Source: Actinobacillus sp.
Lineage (GTDB): Bacteria; Pseudomonadota; Gammaproteobacteria; Enterobacterales; Pasteurellaceae
Direction of reading: 5' to 3'
DNA: 64,000 bases
NCBI GenBank assembly: GCA_020026075.1
Contig: JAHHQZ010000002.1
Coordinates: 12,567 to 76,566, forward strand
The notes under the pieces are model-generated. The model ran no database searches. It was not told the origin of the DNA and saw only the letters and a program-made list of their open reading frames with translations. This document shows, piece after piece, positions 27,283 through 39,537 of this stretch. The stretch's first letter is position 1; each line of letters begins with the position of its first letter. Both the position numbers and the translations under genes were made by a program.

Positions 27283-28401
27283 CTAATATTTGCCCTTAAA
27301 AAAATGATTTTTGTGAGTTTGCACCGACATCACAAGGCCAAAGCCTGCCATTATAGTAACAAACGACGTTCCACCATAGCTCACCAATGGTAAAGGCACG
27401 CCCACCACAGGCAAAATGCCACTGACCATTCCAATATTAACAAACACATACACGAAGAAAATCAACGCTAATGCGCCTGTTAAAATGCGACCAAAGGATT
27501 TCTCAGCATAAACGCCAATCGCTAAACAGCGAGTAACGATAAATAAATAAATGAGCATTAAAATGCAAAAGCCGATTAGCCCCCATTCCTCACCAAGTAC
27601 GGCGAAAATGAAATCCGTGTGCGGTTCAGGCAAAAATTCCAACTGTGACTGCGTGCCGTGCATCCAGCCCTTACCCCACCAGCCGCCAGAACCGATGGCG
27701 ATTTTTGATTGTAAAATGTGGTAGCCCGCCCCGAGCGGATCTTTTTCAGGATCAAGCAAGGTTAAAACCCTCGTGCGCTGGTAGTCGTGCATTAGGTAGA
27801 ACCACATTATGGGAATAAAGCCCGCTAAGCCGATGAGCGCAGTTAAAATAAGCCACCAGCTCATTCCAGCTAAGAAAATCACGAAAATGCCAGAGGCTGC
27901 CACCAAAATTGATGTGCCTAAATCAGGCTGAATCGCCACGAGTAAGGTTGGCACAAGCACCATTGCCAGTGCAATGAACGTTACTTTAAGCGTTGGCGGT
28001 GATGGGCGGTTGCCGAGATAAGTCGCCACCATTAACGGCACACCGAGTTTGACGATTTCTGAAGGCTGAAAGCGGAACAGTCCTAAATCCAACCAGCGTT
28101 GCGCCCCTTTACTGGTCGTGCCGACTAAATCCACTAACACCAACAGCACCAAGCCAATCACATACAAATAAGGGGCAATGTATTGGTAAAAACGAGGGCG
28201 AAACTGTGCCATCACAAGCATAACCACAAAGCCCAATCCCACTTGCATTAAGCGGCGCTGGAACATCACCCCGTTCGCCCCCGCTGCACTGTACAGTACC
28301 ACTAGCCCAAAGGCAGTGATTACTACAAGACCAAGTAACAACCAAGCGTCTAAATGCAGGCGTTGCCAAAAACGCAACCATAACCCTTTTTCTTCATTCA
28401 T
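27283..28401 (-). CDS. mrdB: Peptidoglycan glycosyltransferase RodA (SEDS)
   Basis: 372 aa polytopic SEDS protein; its start overlaps the mrdA stop as ATGA. Confidence 0.9.
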   Translation of the reverse strand: MNEEKGLWLRFWQRLHLDAWLLLGLVVITAFGLVVLYSAAGANGVMFQRRLMQVGLGFVVMLVMAQFRPRFYQYIAPYLYVIGLVLLVLVDLVGTTSKGAQRWLDLGLFRFQPSEIVKLGVPLMVATYLGNRPSPPTLKVTFIALAMVLVPTLLVAIQPDLGTSILVAASGIFVIFLAGMSWWLILTALIGLAGFIPIMWFYLMHDYQRTRVLTLLDPEKDPLGAGYHILQSKIAIGSGGWWGKGWMHGTQSQLEFLPEPHTDFIFAVLGEEWGLIGFCILMLIYLFIVTRCLAIGVYAEKSFGRILTGALALIFFVYVFVNIGMVSGILPVVGVPLPLVSYGGTSFVTIMAGFGLVMSVQTHKNHFFKGKY

Positions 28402-30407
28402 TCGATGTAATTCTCTTTGTTCGTGCTTTCACTTAGGCTGGAATTTTTATCAAAATTTTGTGAAAAATTCCGACCTACGCTTTTTGTAGCACTTTGTTGC
28501 AGCGTCGCTTTTTGCATTGCGGCAATTTGCGGTAAGCGAACCCCTAAATAATAATCCATAATCTTACGCACAATCGGTGCGGCTTGGCTACTACCACCGC
28601 CAGCGTTTTCTAAAATCACCGCCACCACAATCTTTGGTTTTTTATAAGGGGCGTAGGCGATGAACCACGCATGATCGTGCAAATGGTTTTTCAATTCTGA
28701 GGCTTTGTATACTTGATTTTCTTTCAAACTAAACACTTGCGCCGTGCCTGATTTCCCTGCCGCTACATAATCCGTACCTAAAAACGCTTTACGTGCAGTC
28801 CCATGTAAACTATTGATAACATTGAACATTCCCTGTTTTGCTGCCTGCCACACACTGGCATCAGGTTCGGTGATGTCTGGGTAAAGGTGCGGATCTTGAT
28901 AATATTGCACCTGCTTGCCTTCAATTTTTTCCATTAAGTGTGGCGTGTGAATTTTGCCGTTATTCACCAAAATGGTTAAGGCTTTTGCCACTTGTAGCGG
29001 AGTCGCCGTCCAGTAGCCCTGCCCAATGCCCACAGGAATAGTATCCCCTTGCAGCCAACTGCGTTTGTAACGTGCTTTTTTCCATTCACGGCTTGGCATC
29101 ACGCCGTCGGTTTCTTCTTTAAGATCAATGCCTGTGGGTTCGCCAAAGCCAAAACGTTTCATCCACGGCGACAAGCGGTCGATGCCCAAATGGTACGCCA
29201 CTTGGTAAAAATAGGTGTCGGAAGATTCGGTAATGGCTTTATTTAAGTTGGTTTTGCCGTGTCCGCCCCATTTCCAGTCACGGTAGCGTTTCTGTGAATT
29301 TGGTAAATACCAGTAGCCGGGATCGTAAATTTCTTTGTTGGGGTCGATGACATTTTCCGTTAGCCCCGCTACGGCAATAAATGGTTTCACCGTAGAGGCT
29401 GGCGGGTATGCTCCTTGCGTTGCTCGGCTATAAAGCGGACGATTCAGATCGTGCAATAATTCCGCATAATTTTTGCTGGAAATTCCACCAACAAATAGAT
29501 TGTTATCATAACTTGGTGTGGAAACCATCGCTAAAATACCGCCATCTTTTGGATCAAGTACCACGACAGCGGCACGCTGATCACCCAGCAAATTGGTAAT
29601 GTAACGCTGTAAATCTAAATCAATGGTTAAATGCACGCTTTCGCCCGCCACCGCAGGCTGTTCTTGTAACTTGCGTACCACTTTACCACGAGAGTTGACT
29701 TCCACTTCTTCAAAGCCCACTTTGCCATGTAGCTGTTCTTCGTAATAACGCTCAATACCACTTTTCCCAATATCGTGCGTGCCAGCATAATTACTTAATT
29801 CCCCCGCTTTTTTCAGCGTTTCAATATCACGATCGTTAATTTTGCCCACGTAGCCCAAAATGTGTGTCAAAGGCTCGCCATACAAATAATGCCGTTTGAA
29901 ATAAGGCTGAACTTCTATGCTGGAAAATTTGTACTGATTGACGGCAAAGCGTGCGATTTCTTCTTCGGTCAAGGCTGGTTTGAGCAAAATCGGCGTGTAG
30001 CGCAGGGAACGGCGGCGAGCTTTTTCAAAGTTTGCAATGTCTTCGTCCGTTAAATTCACCAACGGTTTAAGTTCAGCAAACGTTTCTTTGAGATTTTTGA
30101 CTTTTTCAGGCACTACATAAAGCCCAAAAAAAGTAATATTTTCCGCCAGTTTTCGCCCATAGCGATCGTAAATAAGCCCTCGAGCTGGCGGAATCGGAAG
30201 TAATTTAATGCGGTTATCGTTTGATCTGGTGCGATAAATCGTTACATCTTGCACCTGTAAATGGTACAAATTGGCAAATAATGCCCCCACGAGAACCATC
30301 ACACCCAAAAACGCTACAAGCGTGCGGCGCATAAATAAATTACGCTCGCTTTTGGTGTCTCGAATGGGGTCAGGTTGGCGGTTATTCAGCCAGTTGTTCA
30401 TATTCAT
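28398..30407 (-). CDS. mrdA: Penicillin-binding protein 2 (elongasome transpeptidase)
   Basis: 669 aa with STVKP (SxxK) and KSGTAQ motifs. The C-terminal tail ..[17 protein letters not shown].. is encoded by a full palindromic element. Confidence 0.9.
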   Translation of the reverse strand: MNMNNWLNNRQPDPIRDTKSERNLFMRRTLVAFLGVMVLVGALFANLYHLQVQDVTIYRTRSNDNRIKLLPIPPARGLIYDRYGRKLAENITFFGLYVVPEKVKNLKETFAELKPLVNLTDEDIANFEKARRRSLRYTPILLKPALTEEEIARFAVNQYKFSSIEVQPYFKRHYLYGEPLTHILGYVGKINDRDIETLKKAGELSNYAGTHDIGKSGIERYYEEQLHGKVGFEEVEVNSRGKVVRKLQEQPAVAGESVHLTIDLDLQRYITNLLGDQRAAVVVLDPKDGGILAMVSTPSYDNNLFVGGISSKNYAELLHDLNRPLYSRATQGAYPPASTVKPFIAVAGLTENVIDPNKEIYDPGYWYLPNSQKRYRDWKWGGHGKTNLNKAITESSDTYFYQVAYHLGIDRLSPWMKRFGFGEPTGIDLKEETDGVMPSREWKKARYKRSWLQGDTIPVGIGQGYWTATPLQVAKALTILVNNGKIHTPHLMEKIEGKQVQYYQDPHLYPDITEPDASVWQAAKQGMFNVINSLHGTARKAFLGTDYVAAGKSGTAQVFSLKENQVYKASELKNHLHDHAWFIAYAPYKKPKIVVAVILENAGGGSSQAAPIVRKIMDYYLGVRLPQIAAMQKATLQQSATKSVGRNFSQNFDKNSSLSESTNKENYIE
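28432..28479. repeat. Palindromic element, long form, inside the mrdA coding tail
   Basis: CTTAGGCTGGAAT-TTTTATCAAAATTTTGTGAAAA-ATTCCGACCTACG. Confidence 0.85.
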
Positions 30408-30424
30408 CGCTTGGCGTTAGGGTT

Positions 30425-30452
30425 CAAAAATAATAAAAATATTCCGACCTAG
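30425..30452. repeat. Truncated palindromic element (centre plus right arm)
   Basis: CAAAAATAATAAAAATATTCCGACCTAG; it abuts the rlmH stop codon. Confidence 0.6.
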
Positions 30453-30920
30453 TTATTCTCGGTGATAGGGGTGATTGGTTGTGAGCGACCACGCACGGTA
30501 TAGCGCCTCCGCCACCACCACTCGCACCAGCGGATGGGGCATTGTCAACGGCGAAAGCGACCAGCTTTGCTCCGCTGCCGCTTTGCACTCAGGGGATAAA
30601 CCTTCTGGACCGCCGATGAGCAAACACACATCACGACCATCGTTTTTCCAATGTTCCAGTTGTTTCGCAAGCGTTGGTGTATCCCACGGCTTACCCGGAA
30701 TATCCAAAGTAACCACTCTCGCCCGCTCAGCAACGGCAAGCATTGCTTTGCCTTCCTGCTCCAAAATGCGTTTAATGTCTGCATTTTTGCCACGTTTACC
30801 TGCGGGGATTTCCACAAGTTCCAAAGGAAGATCTTTGGGGAAACGGCGTTGGTATTCTTTAAAGCCTTTTGTTACCCAATCCGGCATTTTACAGCCTACG
30901 GCAACCAGTTGAATTTTCAC
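30453..30920 (-). CDS. rlmH: 23S rRNA (pseudouridine1915-N3)-methyltransferase
   Basis: 155 aa SPOUT protein ending ..[10 protein letters not shown], characteristic of RlmH. Confidence 0.9.
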   Translation of the reverse strand: MKIQLVAVGCKMPDWVTKGFKEYQRRFPKDLPLELVEIPAGKRGKNADIKRILEQEGKAMLAVAERARVVTLDIPGKPWDTPTLAKQLEHWKNDGRDVCLLIGGPEGLSPECKAAAEQSWSLSPLTMPHPLVRVVVAEALYRAWSLTTNHPYHRE

Positions 30921-30934
30921 GTTTTTTCCTTAAA

Positions 30935-31270
30935 TTATGCGTTGCTGCTATGGTTTTGCATTCCTTGCCATAGGTGTTCTAACTGATAAATCTCACGGCT
31001 TTCACGCTGTAAAATGTGTACGATAGCCTGTCCAAAATCTACTGCAACCCAGTCGGCTGTCGCTTGACCTTCATCACCGAATGACTCAACACCTGCTTGT
31101 TTTGCTTCTTCGATCAATTTTTGTGCTAATGCGGCAACGTGGCGTGCGGAAGTCCCTGTGCAAACAATCATATGATCGGTAATTGAGCTATTACCACGCA
31201 CATCAATCACTTCAATTTGCTCAGCTTTTAGGTCATCTAGCTTTGAAGTTAAAAAATCAACTAGGTTCAT
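30935..31270 (-). CDS. rsfS: Ribosomal silencing factor
   Basis: 111 aa; ..DHMIVCTGTSARHVAALA...WVAVDFGQAIVHI.. is the RsfS/YbeB pattern. Confidence 0.9.
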   Translation of the reverse strand: MNLVDFLTSKLDDLKAEQIEVIDVRGNSSITDHMIVCTGTSARHVAALAQKLIEEAKQAGVESFGDEGQATADWVAVDFGQAIVHILQRESREIYQLEHLWQGMQNHSSNA

Positions 31271-31351
31271 GTATTTTCCTTGTTAATAAAACAATAAGCT
31301 CGCCGAAAATGGCGAGTAAAGAGGCAATTCTACCACAACTTCAAATCACAT

Positions 31352-32239
31352 TCATTCACATTTCATCTGCTGGCGGTGCTTTATATTTACCCACACTCCA
31401 TCCACTAGCACGAACACAATGGATAAAAACAAGCCTGCAAAAAGCGGATAGCTACTTGGGTCAATCCTTGAACCAAGTACAAAGGCGGTGATAAGAAAAA
31501 GTATTGGTTCTACATAACCTAAAAGACCGAGTAAGTTAATCGGCAAAATATCACTGGCATTGATATAAAACACGAATGCTGCACCATTTAGCACACCTAA
31601 AATCACTAAACGCCAATAAATAGCTGGATTTTCCTGTGCAACAGCGGATAAATCCGTTTGTAAAGCAATGTAAAAACAAATCGGTAGCAGTAAGGTGTTT
31701 TCAATGACAAAACTGGCAAAATCTGCAATGCCAAAATATTTACGCAGTGCAAAATAAACCGCATAACCACACACTGCAATGCTCGACCACGCAATTCCCC
31801 CCTTAGAGAAAATTTCTGCCCCCACACCTAAGGCAGCTGTTAAAACAGCAATATTTTTAAGCATTGTTAAGCTTTCACCTAAGAACACTCGTCCTACAAT
31901 CACCAAAACCAACGGCAAAATAAGGTAGCCCACAGAAACGCTTAATGCTTGATTATGATTCGGTGCCCACAAAAATAACCACATTTCAAAGCCTGTAATG
32001 CTAGCAGTTAACGCATACACTAACCATAATTTAGGATTTGCACGTAAGCGGCGTAAGTGTTGGCTTAAAAAATAACGCTGTTTGAAAACAAACACGGCAA
32101 CAAGTAAAAATGGATAGGTGAAAAGTACACGGTAAGCAAAGATCCCTTCGCCGCTTAAAGGAATCAGTAGGCTAGAAAAATAATAGATGTAACCGAAGGT
32201 TAAAGAGGCCGCTAAAGAAAGCGCAATACCCAGTAACAT
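31352..32239 (-). CDS. rarD: EamA/RarD-family (DMT) transporter
   Basis: 10-TM DMT protein. I take the start at MLLGIALS (32239, GGAGG SD), because the tracked N-terminal extension crosses a repeat element and a terminator. Confidence 0.6.
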   Translation of the reverse strand: MLLGIALSLAASLTFGYIYYFSSLLIPLSGEGIFAYRVLFTYPFLLVAVFVFKQRYFLSQHLRRLRANPKLWLVYALTASITGFEMWLFLWAPNHNQALSVSVGYLILPLVLVIVGRVFLGESLTMLKNIAVLTAALGVGAEIFSKGGIAWSSIAVCGYAVYFALRKYFGIADFASFVIENTLLLPICFYIALQTDLSAVAQENPAIYWRLVILGVLNGAAFVFYINASDILPINLLGLLGYVEPILFLITAFVLGSRIDPSSYPLFAGLFLSIVFVLVDGVWVNIKHRQQMKCE

Positions 32240-32267
32240 ATTTCCTCCATTGCAAAGACAAGAAATG

Positions 32268-32290
32268 CTAGGCTGGAATTTTTCACAAAA
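32268..32290. repeat. Half palindromic element (left arm plus centre)
   Basis: CTAGGCTGGAATTTTTCACAAAA. Confidence 0.6.
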
Positions 32291-32319
32291 AAACGGCATA
32301 AATTTAGAAAATTTATGCC
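32285..32319 (-). terminator. torCAD operon terminator
   Basis: On the minus strand: GGCATAAATT-TTC-TAAATTTATGCC followed by GTTTTTTT. Confidence 0.65.
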
Positions 32320-32341
32320 ATTTTTTCAATAGATAACGCAA

Positions 32342-32938
32342 TTAAACGTTATATTCCACCAAAGTGGTAATAACAGCAACCAACAAAGCCAACACGCCTT
32401 GATAAAAATGTGTCTTAGTTGGAATAAGCTTAGCTTTCACCTCAATAGGCACTAACCAAGACAGTAAATCATCTTTTAAAAAAAGACGTTGTGCGCTTAA
32501 ATCATCTGCTTTCGCAAAGGCTTGCGCCAACTCCAAATAAACACCTAAGTGATCACTTGGCTCTTTACTTTCTTTGTTCACTTGCAAATTAAAACGTGCA
32601 AGAAATGCATCCATTTTTTGCAAATGAGCGTCTTGCTCTGGCCCTTCCATATAGGCACTCGCATACGGTAAGGCGCTGCTTTTACCATCAAGTAAAAATA
32701 GCTCAGTAAAATCCGCTGCTAATTCTAAATGAGCATAAGGTAGCTGTTTTAACTGCACTAATGCTTGGCGAATCTCTTCAATTTGTGCTGAAAAACCTTG
32801 TTCACTTAACAGTTCAAATAGCGGGTCAAATAGACCCACTTGATATTGTTCAAGTTGCGTTTCGCTTAATTCTTTGCCCAATACATTACTGAACCATTGG
32901 AACAAGAAAGCGTTTTCCGCTTGTGTTAATTGCAACAT
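32342..32938 (-). CDS. torD: TorD-family molybdoenzyme chaperone
   Basis: 198 aa TorD/DmsD-like helical protein immediately downstream of the reductase (stop/start overlap). Confidence 0.75.
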   Translation of the reverse strand: MLQLTQAENAFLFQWFSNVLGKELSETQLEQYQVGLFDPLFELLSEQGFSAQIEEIRQALVQLKQLPYAHLELAADFTELFLLDGKSSALPYASAYMEGPEQDAHLQKMDAFLARFNLQVNKESKEPSDHLGVYLELAQAFAKADDLSAQRLFLKDDLLSWLVPIEVKAKLIPTKTHFYQGVLALLVAVITTLVEYNV

Positions 32939-35424
32939 TAGAGTTCAACCACAATAGGACCAGTAAAGCCATTTGGTGCTGGCGGATTTGGATCTGTGTA
33001 TTTTTCAACGTTCGCCAAACAGGTGTTAGAAGAAACGGCTTGCGCTAATTCTGAGGTTGCGATGTCGATAGTCATTGTGTTTGGATCGCCATAAGTATCG
33101 ATAGCACCAACTTTCGCACCTAATGGAGAGTACCATGCGCCTTCTTGCAAACGTAACACGCCACGTGGGAAGTCGTTTGATAAATGCGCTCCAACGATCG
33201 CTTGACCACGGTCATTGTAAACTCGTACTAAATCACCGTGTTTAATGCCAAGCTCTGCCGCATCTTGAGGGTTCATATACAGTGGCTCACGTCCTTTGAT
33301 AGCGTAAGTTTCACGCAATGGTTCGGATTCACATAATTGTGAGTGTAAACGTTTATCTGGGTGACAAGAGTTGAGCCAGAATTTGTACTCATTAGATTTT
33401 GGACCACCGTGTGAACGTTCTTCTTTTTCAAACCACATTGGATGCCCTTTACAGTGTGAGTAACCGTAACTTGCAATTTTGCGGCTGTAAATTTCGATAA
33501 AGCCTGATGGTGTACCAAGTGCATTAAGTTCAGGGTCTTCACGGAAGTCTGCCATAAAGGTAAATGGTTTACCTTCTGGGAATAATACGTAACCTTTTTT
33601 CCAGAATTCAGCAAATGGAGGCATTGCAAAGGCTTCACCTTTGGTGCTGTTTTCTTTACGGCAAGCTTCGTATAAGGATTCAACCCATTGCATTTCGCTC
33701 ATACCACGAGAGTATTCTTTTTCACGACCAAAACGTGCACAAAGATCTTTAAAGATATGGAAATCTGAACGTGCATCGTACATTGGGTCGATCAACTGCT
33801 GCATTGCGATCACGCCACGGTTACTGTACGAACCGTACGCATCGATGTCGTTGCGTTCAAATGGTGTGGTTGCTGGTAAAACAATGTCTGAGAAACGACA
33901 AGTTGCTGTCCAGCTATAGTTTACAGATACCACAGTTTCTAAGCGTTGGAACGCTTCTTTCATACGGTTGCGTTCTGGGTGACGATGCCATTGGTTACAA
34001 CCAGAGAAAATAGCCATTTTGTATGGAGAGAAAGTAACTTTTCCGCCATTGTAGTTAATGGTTGATCCTGGTTTTAACAAACAGTCAGTTGCACGAGCGA
34101 TTGGAATTACAGAACTATAACCTTTGTAGTCTGTATTGGTATATTTTGGTTTTTGACCTTCATCTAGGTTTAATGGGAATGCACCTGGCATTGCCGCACC
34201 TGATGATGGAATACCGATTGCACTGTAGTGGTGAGAATAACTAATACCGCCACCTGGTAAACCGATTTGACCAAGCATTGATGCCAGTACCGCTGCCATC
34301 CAATAAGGTTGTTCACCGTGTTGTTGACGTTGGATTGCCCAACCCAAAATAAGCTGAGTGCGTTTTCCTGCCAACATACGTGCAAACTTACGAATATCGT
34401 CCGCTGGAACGCCACAAATTTTTTCAGCCCATTCCGGCGTTTTCGCTACTTTGTCTTCGGTTTTACCAAGTAAGTAAGGAAGGAATTCTTCAAAACCAAC
34501 GGTATACATATCCAAGAATTTTTGATCGTGCAATTTCTCGGTGTATAACACGTAAGCAATCGCAAGCATAAACGGAACGTCTGCTTGTGGATTGATGTAC
34601 TGATGTTTACAGTTTAAGAATTTCTGTGTTTTGCTAACGATTGGGTCAACACTGATCACATTCACTTTACCCGCAGCAATTTTTTCTTTTAATTGCTGTA
34701 ATGAGGCATAAGATTCGTGAGTTTCACAGTTCCAGCCCACTTGAAGGTTTTTAATTGGATCGGAAGACCAGAAAATAATATTTTCACTTTCTTTAAGAAT
34801 GATATCCCAAGAGGTATTGTTTGCATAAACTACTGTTGAGCCAAGCACATAAGGAAGAATAACTTGACCAGCCCCTGTCGAATAGTCACCCGTTGCACTA
34901 ACAAAGTGTCCGTGCATATTAATCGCACGTAACATATTGTTTACACAGCTATTTACTTGACCAGTTGAACGCCAGCCGCCACCAGCAACGTGTAATGCCC
35001 AAGGACCGTATTGTGTTTGTACACGTTCTAATTCTTCATAGAATAGATCTAGGGCTTGATCCCAAGTTACACGTACAAAGCGGTTATCGCCACGTTGTGC
35101 TGTATCGCTTTTTTCACGGTTTTTAAGCCAATCTAAACGAACCATTGGGTAACGAACACGAGCGCTACTATAAATCAAGCCTTTGATTCCCTGAATCATT
35201 TCGGTTGGGTGTTTATCGTAATCAAATGCTTTAATTTCTTGAACACGACCGTTTAAAATTTTTGCTTTAAAAGCCCCCCAGTGAGAACCACTGATGCGCC
35301 ATTCGGCAAGCTCTTCTGCACTACCAGCCGCTTGTGCTTTTTTAGAAACCAAAAACGTTGGCATTGCGAACGCGGCCGCCATAGCGGACGCGTTAGTTAA
35401 AAATTGTCGACGAGATTGTTGCAT
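32938..35424 (-). CDS. torA: Trimethylamine-N-oxide reductase (Mo-bisMGD, periplasmic)
   Basis: 828 aa with a twin-arginine signal ([22 protein letters not shown]), DMSO-reductase-family sequence, and flanking torC and torD. Confidence 0.8.
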   Translation of the reverse strand: MQQSRRQFLTNASAMAAAFAMPTFLVSKKAQAAGSAEELAEWRISGSHWGAFKAKILNGRVQEIKAFDYDKHPTEMIQGIKGLIYSSARVRYPMVRLDWLKNREKSDTAQRGDNRFVRVTWDQALDLFYEELERVQTQYGPWALHVAGGGWRSTGQVNSCVNNMLRAINMHGHFVSATGDYSTGAGQVILPYVLGSTVVYANNTSWDIILKESENIIFWSSDPIKNLQVGWNCETHESYASLQQLKEKIAAGKVNVISVDPIVSKTQKFLNCKHQYINPQADVPFMLAIAYVLYTEKLHDQKFLDMYTVGFEEFLPYLLGKTEDKVAKTPEWAEKICGVPADDIRKFARMLAGKRTQLILGWAIQRQQHGEQPYWMAAVLASMLGQIGLPGGGISYSHHYSAIGIPSSGAAMPGAFPLNLDEGQKPKYTNTDYKGYSSVIPIARATDCLLKPGSTINYNGGKVTFSPYKMAIFSGCNQWHRHPERNRMKEAFQRLETVVSVNYSWTATCRFSDIVLPATTPFERNDIDAYGSYSNRGVIAMQQLIDPMYDARSDFHIFKDLCARFGREKEYSRGMSEMQWVESLYEACRKENSTKGEAFAMPPFAEFWKKGYVLFPEGKPFTFMADFREDPELNALGTPSGFIEIYSRKIASYGYSHCKGHPMWFEKEERSHGGPKSNEYKFWLNSCHPDKRLHSQLCESEPLRETYAIKGREPLYMNPQDAAELGIKHGDLVRVYNDRGQAIVGAHLSNDFPRGVLRLQEGAWYSPLGAKVGAIDTYGDPNTMTIDIATSELAQAVSSNTCLANVEKYTDPNPPAPNGFTGPIVVEL

Positions 35425-35435
35425 AATAAAGTTCC

Positions 35436-36611
35436 TTATTTGCTTTCGGTTGGTTGTGCATCGGATGCGTGAGTTTGTAAGTAACGTAGTACTACTTTCG
35501 CTTGTGCAGGCGTTAAGCTTGTAAAGCCTTTCATACCGTTAAATACACCAACCCAAGTGTTAGAGTCGAAGTGTTTAACATCTGGTTGTTTATGACAAAC
35601 AGAGCATTGAGTGTTGAACATTTCTTTCGCATTTGCCCAAATTGGTGCAACATCTGATGCGAGTTGACCTTTTTTCACCCAAACTTGCATTTTAACTTTT
35701 TGCCAAGTGATACTAGTTAATTGATCTTGTTTAGTTTCTAACACATCAAATTTAGGATTACTTTCCATAAATTTCTTCGTTAATACGGCATCAACAATAC
35801 TTTTCGCAAAGTCGTTATACCAAATACGTCCGAAACCTTTATGTTTACGCCACATATTAAGTTCAACTAAGTCGGCATTTTGACCAGCTTTAACAAATGT
35901 TACTGGTACAACACTTTCAAGATAACCAATTTCTTGTTTCATTGCATCGTCTGCAAAAATTGGGGTTTGAATTTGCGTATAGTAAACTTTACCAGCAGTT
36001 AAATCAGAGGCAACAAGGCTTGCATCTATACCTGAGTTTTCTTCACCTTCTGGTGCTTTTGGAATATGGTGTGCAATACCTTTATGACAGTCAATACAAC
36101 TTTGATCTTTCGCAGCAGCCGCACGCATCGCTTTTTGAGCTTTTGGTGACATTTTGTCAAAGTCCATACGTTCATAACGGTGACACGCCTTACATTCAGC
36201 AGAACCATTTGCTTGCATACGGGCCCATTCTTTTTTCGCCATTTCGTAGCGAGCAGCAGTAAATGAACCTGGTTCGCTAAAGCGTCCAGTCACTTCATCA
36301 TAAACTTCTTTAAGTGCTTGTACTTTACGTACATATTTTGGAATCGTGTCGTGTGGTAAGTGACAGTCTGCACAGCCTGCGGTCACACCAAATTGGTTTT
36401 TCCAGTGTGGTGTTTGTTTTAATTCGGTTTGCATTTCAACCATTGTGTGGCAGCTTACGCAAAATTCTTCGGTGCTAGAATGTTCAAGAGCAGCATTAAA
36501 TGAAACTTTTGCAATAATACCGATAATAATACCAAGCAGAAGCAAAACACCTAGCCCAAGTTTTTTAGATGGCTTGAAGAAAAAATTCTTCAGAGAGTGA
36601 AAGATTTTCAT
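35436..36611 (-). CDS. torC: Pentahaem c-type cytochrome TorC (NapC/NirT family plus a C-terminal monohaem domain)
   Basis: Five CxxCH motifs (CVSCH, CADCH, CKACH, CIDCH, CSVCH) and an N-terminal TM anchor. The start is taken at MKIFHSLK (36611). Confidence 0.8.
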   Translation of the reverse strand: MKIFHSLKNFFFKPSKKLGLGVLLLLGIIIGIIAKVSFNAALEHSSTEEFCVSCHTMVEMQTELKQTPHWKNQFGVTAGCADCHLPHDTIPKYVRKVQALKEVYDEVTGRFSEPGSFTAARYEMAKKEWARMQANGSAECKACHRYERMDFDKMSPKAQKAMRAAAAKDQSCIDCHKGIAHHIPKAPEGEENSGIDASLVASDLTAGKVYYTQIQTPIFADDAMKQEIGYLESVVPVTFVKAGQNADLVELNMWRKHKGFGRIWYNDFAKSIVDAVLTKKFMESNPKFDVLETKQDQLTSITWQKVKMQVWVKKGQLASDVAPIWANAKEMFNTQCSVCHKQPDVKHFDSNTWVGVFNGMKGFTSLTPAQAKVVLRYLQTHASDAQPTESK

Positions 36612-36771
36612 AGTTCCCCCAGATAAAAATAAAAACACCATCCTTTGTACAAACAACACATAAATAAGATGGCAATCCGACTATTGCGATAAATAGTTAA
36701 CTCGGCATTATACGGAAATATGAAAAAAATAATATTGTTCTAAATCAATAAAACGGTTACTCTGGTTATTA

Positions 36772-36817
36772 TTACGCCGTAATTTTTGCAAAAATTTTGT
36801 GAAAAATTCCGGCGTAG
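36772..36817. repeat. Palindromic intergenic element, long form
   Basis: TTACGCCGTAAT-TTTTGCAAAAATTTTGTGAAAA-ATTCCGGCGTAG. Confidence 0.8.
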
Positions 36818-36831
36818 CTATTTGGTAGGGT

Positions 36832-38127
36832 TTAACGGAATTTATCAAGGAAACGATAATAGCGGGTGCCAATGGCTGTAGCGGCTTTTTTCACAAGTTT
36901 TCCGCCATGAATAGCAGGAACGTGCAGACGTTCAAACACTTGTAAACGACTATCGTCACCACAAATGGCCTCTGCGACAATGCGTCCAGCAAGCCCTGTG
37001 AGTGCAACACCGTGTCCCGAGTAGCCTTGTGCGAAATAAATATTTGATGCAATTCGTCCAAAGTGTGGTGTGGAATTTAAGGTCATATCAATCGGCCCTT
37101 TCCACGCATAATCAATTTTGATATTTTCCAACTGTGGAAAAACGTACAACATTTCTTTATGCATTGCTTTTTCATAGCCGTGATTAGTTTTCACATCACT
37201 CCCAAACAGCAAGCGGTTGTCAGCGCTTAGGCGGTAATAATCGAGCAAATAATTGTTATCACACACGCTCATTCCGTTGTTAATAAGGCTATCGGCCATT
37301 TTCTGACTTAGTGGTTCGGTGGCGATAATACAGCTTTCCACAGGGAGAATTTTTTTCGCAATGCCGTGATGAACGGATTTCGGCAGCTCGGTTACATAAG
37401 CGTTCGTGGCTAACACAACATCCTTGCAACGCACTTCTGCTTGATCCGTTTTCACAACAGTCAACTTGCTTTGTGCTTGAATATCCAACACTGGGGATTG
37501 TTCGTGAATTTTTACGCCCAAATCCACGCAAGCTCTCGCCAGCCCTAAGCAATAATTTAGCGGATGCAAATGCCCTGAATTGCTGTCAAACAAACCGCCG
37601 ACGTAAATATCGCTGCCTAAATATTGCTGCAATTGAGATTTATCCCACAATTTCAAATGGGGATACCCAAAACGCTCACGGCTGTCCTTTTCTATGGCGA
37701 TCAAATCGTCCATTCGGCGGTTATTCAGTGCTAAAGTGGCGTAACCTTTTTTCCAATCGCAATCAATATGAAACTTTTGTACACGCTCATCAATAATATC
37801 AATGGCTTCCAGCGACATATTCCATAGCTTATGTGCTTCATTTTCGCCGAGAATTTTAATGTATTCGTCAATCCCCTCTTCAAAACCATTGATAGCCTGC
37901 CCGCCACTGCGACCAGATGCCCCAAACCCCACACGTGCGCCTTCCAATACGATCACGGATTTCCCACGCTGAGCCAGCTCAATCGCCGCAGAAAGCCCAA
38001 AAAATCCAGCGCCCACAACGCACACATCAGCAGTGGTATTTTGAGTCAATGGTGGGAAGGTAAAAGACTGATTGGCAGTGGCCAAATAATAAGAAGAAAC
38101 GTGTTCCTGATGAGCAAAGTTAAGCAT
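36832..38127 (-). CDS. FAD-dependent oxidoreductase, PuuB/OrdL (gamma-glutamylputrescine oxidoreductase-like) family
   Basis: 431 aa; ..DVCVVGAGFFGLSAAIELA.. (a GxGxxG dinucleotide fold) and ..NYLLDYYRLSADNRLLFG.. closely parallel E. coli PuuB. Confidence 0.75.
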   Translation of the reverse strand: MLNFAHQEHVSSYYLATANQSFTFPPLTQNTTADVCVVGAGFFGLSAAIELAQRGKSVIVLEGARVGFGASGRSGGQAINGFEEGIDEYIKILGENEAHKLWNMSLEAIDIIDERVQKFHIDCDWKKGYATLALNNRRMDDLIAIEKDSRERFGYPHLKLWDKSQLQQYLGSDIYVGGLFDSNSGHLHPLNYCLGLARACVDLGVKIHEQSPVLDIQAQSKLTVVKTDQAEVRCKDVVLATNAYVTELPKSVHHGIAKKILPVESCIIATEPLSQKMADSLINNGMSVCDNNYLLDYYRLSADNRLLFGSDVKTNHGYEKAMHKEMLYVFPQLENIKIDYAWKGPIDMTLNSTPHFGRIASNIYFAQGYSGHGVALTGLAGRIVAEAICGDDSRLQVFERLHVPAIHGGKLVKKAATAIGTRYYRFLDKFR

Positions 38128-38363
38128 AAAATTTGGATTCTCTGAAAAATTTGGTAAATTTTATCCCCTTTGTTTGCCTTGTCAACTGTAATTATTTTCC
38201 CAAATGTTACAGTCTTCCCACATACAAATACCTCATAAGGGGCAAAGAAGAGTAGACAATGAAAAAATTTTTGCTATATTGCCTGCCGTTTTTTAACGCA
38301 GTTTTGCTTAGGTTAACTAATGCAAAATTTTTCCACCACTGATTTTTTTGAAGGAGAAAAATC

Positions 38364-39428
38364 TTGAAAAAATCGCTTACTTCTCGCTTAAAAGCACTTT
38401 TTGTTTTAACCCTAACCTTTTTTTCCGTAAGCAGCTTTGCCGCTGAACAAAAACTTTATGTTTACAACTGGACAGACTACGTTCCTTCTGATCTCGTCGC
38501 CAAGTTCACCAAAGAAACGGGCATTCAAGTTATTTATTCCACCTTTGAAAGTAACGAAGAAATGTTCGCCAAAATGAAACTTCTTGCCAAAGAGGGCGAG
38601 GGTTACGACTTGGTTTTCCCATCAAGCTACTACGTGGATAAAATGGCCAAAGAGGGCTTGCTTAAAAAGCTTGATCACAGCAAGTTAAAAAATTTCCATC
38701 AAATTCCTGAAGAATTTTTAAACCGTAGTTTTGACCCGAACAACCAATATTCTCTGCCTTATGTGTACGGTTTAACTGGTATTGGCGTGAATAGTGATAT
38801 GATCGATCCAGCCAAAATTACGAGCTGGGCAGACTTATGGAACCCTGAATACAAAGGGCAAATCCTCTTAACCAACGATGCCCGTGAAGTGTTCCACATT
38901 GCCTTATTGCTCAATGGCGATTCCCCAAATACTCGCCAAGAAAGCCAAATTAAAGCGGCTTACGATCGTCTATTAAAACTTATACCGAATGTGTTGGTAT
39001 TTAACTCCGACAGCCCAGAAGTGCCGTTCGTGCAAGGTGAAGTGAGCTTAGGAATGCTTTGGAATGGTTCAGCCTACTTAGCACATAAAGAAGATCCTGC
39101 AATTAAATTTATTTATCCAAAAGAAGGGGCTATTTTCTGGATGGACAACTATGCTATTCCACGCACCGCTAAAAATGTGGATAACGCTTACAAATTTATC
39201 GACTTCTTGCTACGCCCTGAAAACGCCGCTTACGTTGTGCAAAAAATGGGCTTTTCAATGCCAAACAAAGGCGTGAAGGCCTTGTTTCCAACAGATGTTG
39301 CCAATAACACTACCCTATTCCCACCAAAAGAAGAAGTGGAAAAAGGCATAATCCAAGCGGATGTCGGCAATGCCGTAGGCATTTATGAAAAATACTGGAA
39401 TTTACTAAAAGCACAATTTAGTAACTAA
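38364..39428 (+). CDS. potD: Spermidine/putrescine ABC transporter periplasmic binding protein
   Basis: 354 aa with a signal peptide and PotD/PotF-like sequence ([14 protein letters not shown]..). It uses a TTG start with an AAGGAG SD 7 nt upstream. Confidence 0.8.
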   Translation: MKKSLTSRLKALFVLTLTFFSVSSFAAEQKLYVYNWTDYVPSDLVAKFTKETGIQVIYSTFESNEEMFAKMKLLAKEGEGYDLVFPSSYYVDKMAKEGLLKKLDHSKLKNFHQIPEEFLNRSFDPNNQYSLPYVYGLTGIGVNSDMIDPAKITSWADLWNPEYKGQILLTNDAREVFHIALLLNGDSPNTRQESQIKAAYDRLLKLIPNVLVFNSDSPEVPFVQGEVSLGMLWNGSAYLAHKEDPAIKFIYPKEGAIFWMDNYAIPRTAKNVDNAYKFIDFLLRPENAAYVVQKMGFSMPNKGVKALFPTDVANNTTLFPPKEEVEKGIIQADVGNAVGIYEKYWNLLKAQFSN

Positions 39429-39440
39429 TTCCCATAAAAA

Positions 39441-39470
39441 TCGCCACATTAACGTGGCGATTTTCTTTTC
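39441..39470 (+). terminator. potD terminator
   Basis: TCGCCAC-ATTAAC-GTGGCGA followed by TTTTCTTTTC. Confidence 0.65.
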
Positions 39471-39488
39471 TTAATTGTCTCAAATACT

Positions 39489-39532
39489 CTAGGTCGGAAT
39501 ATCACAAAAAATTTTGAATTATTCCGACCTCG
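39489..39532. repeat. Palindromic intergenic element, long form
   Basis: CTAGGTCGGAAT-ATCACAAAAAATTTTGAATT-ATTCCGACCTCG. Confidence 0.85.
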
Positions 39533-39537
39533 ATTTT

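Noticed and set aside
36612-36771. Possible TorR boxes, an FNR half-site and a TATAAT upstream of torC; also the absence of torR/torS/torT in the window
   Set aside because: There is only one weak TTCATAT-like match and an imperfect TTGAT-N4-AACAA, and the promoter spacing is not convincing. Regulator genes may simply lie elsewhere in the genome.
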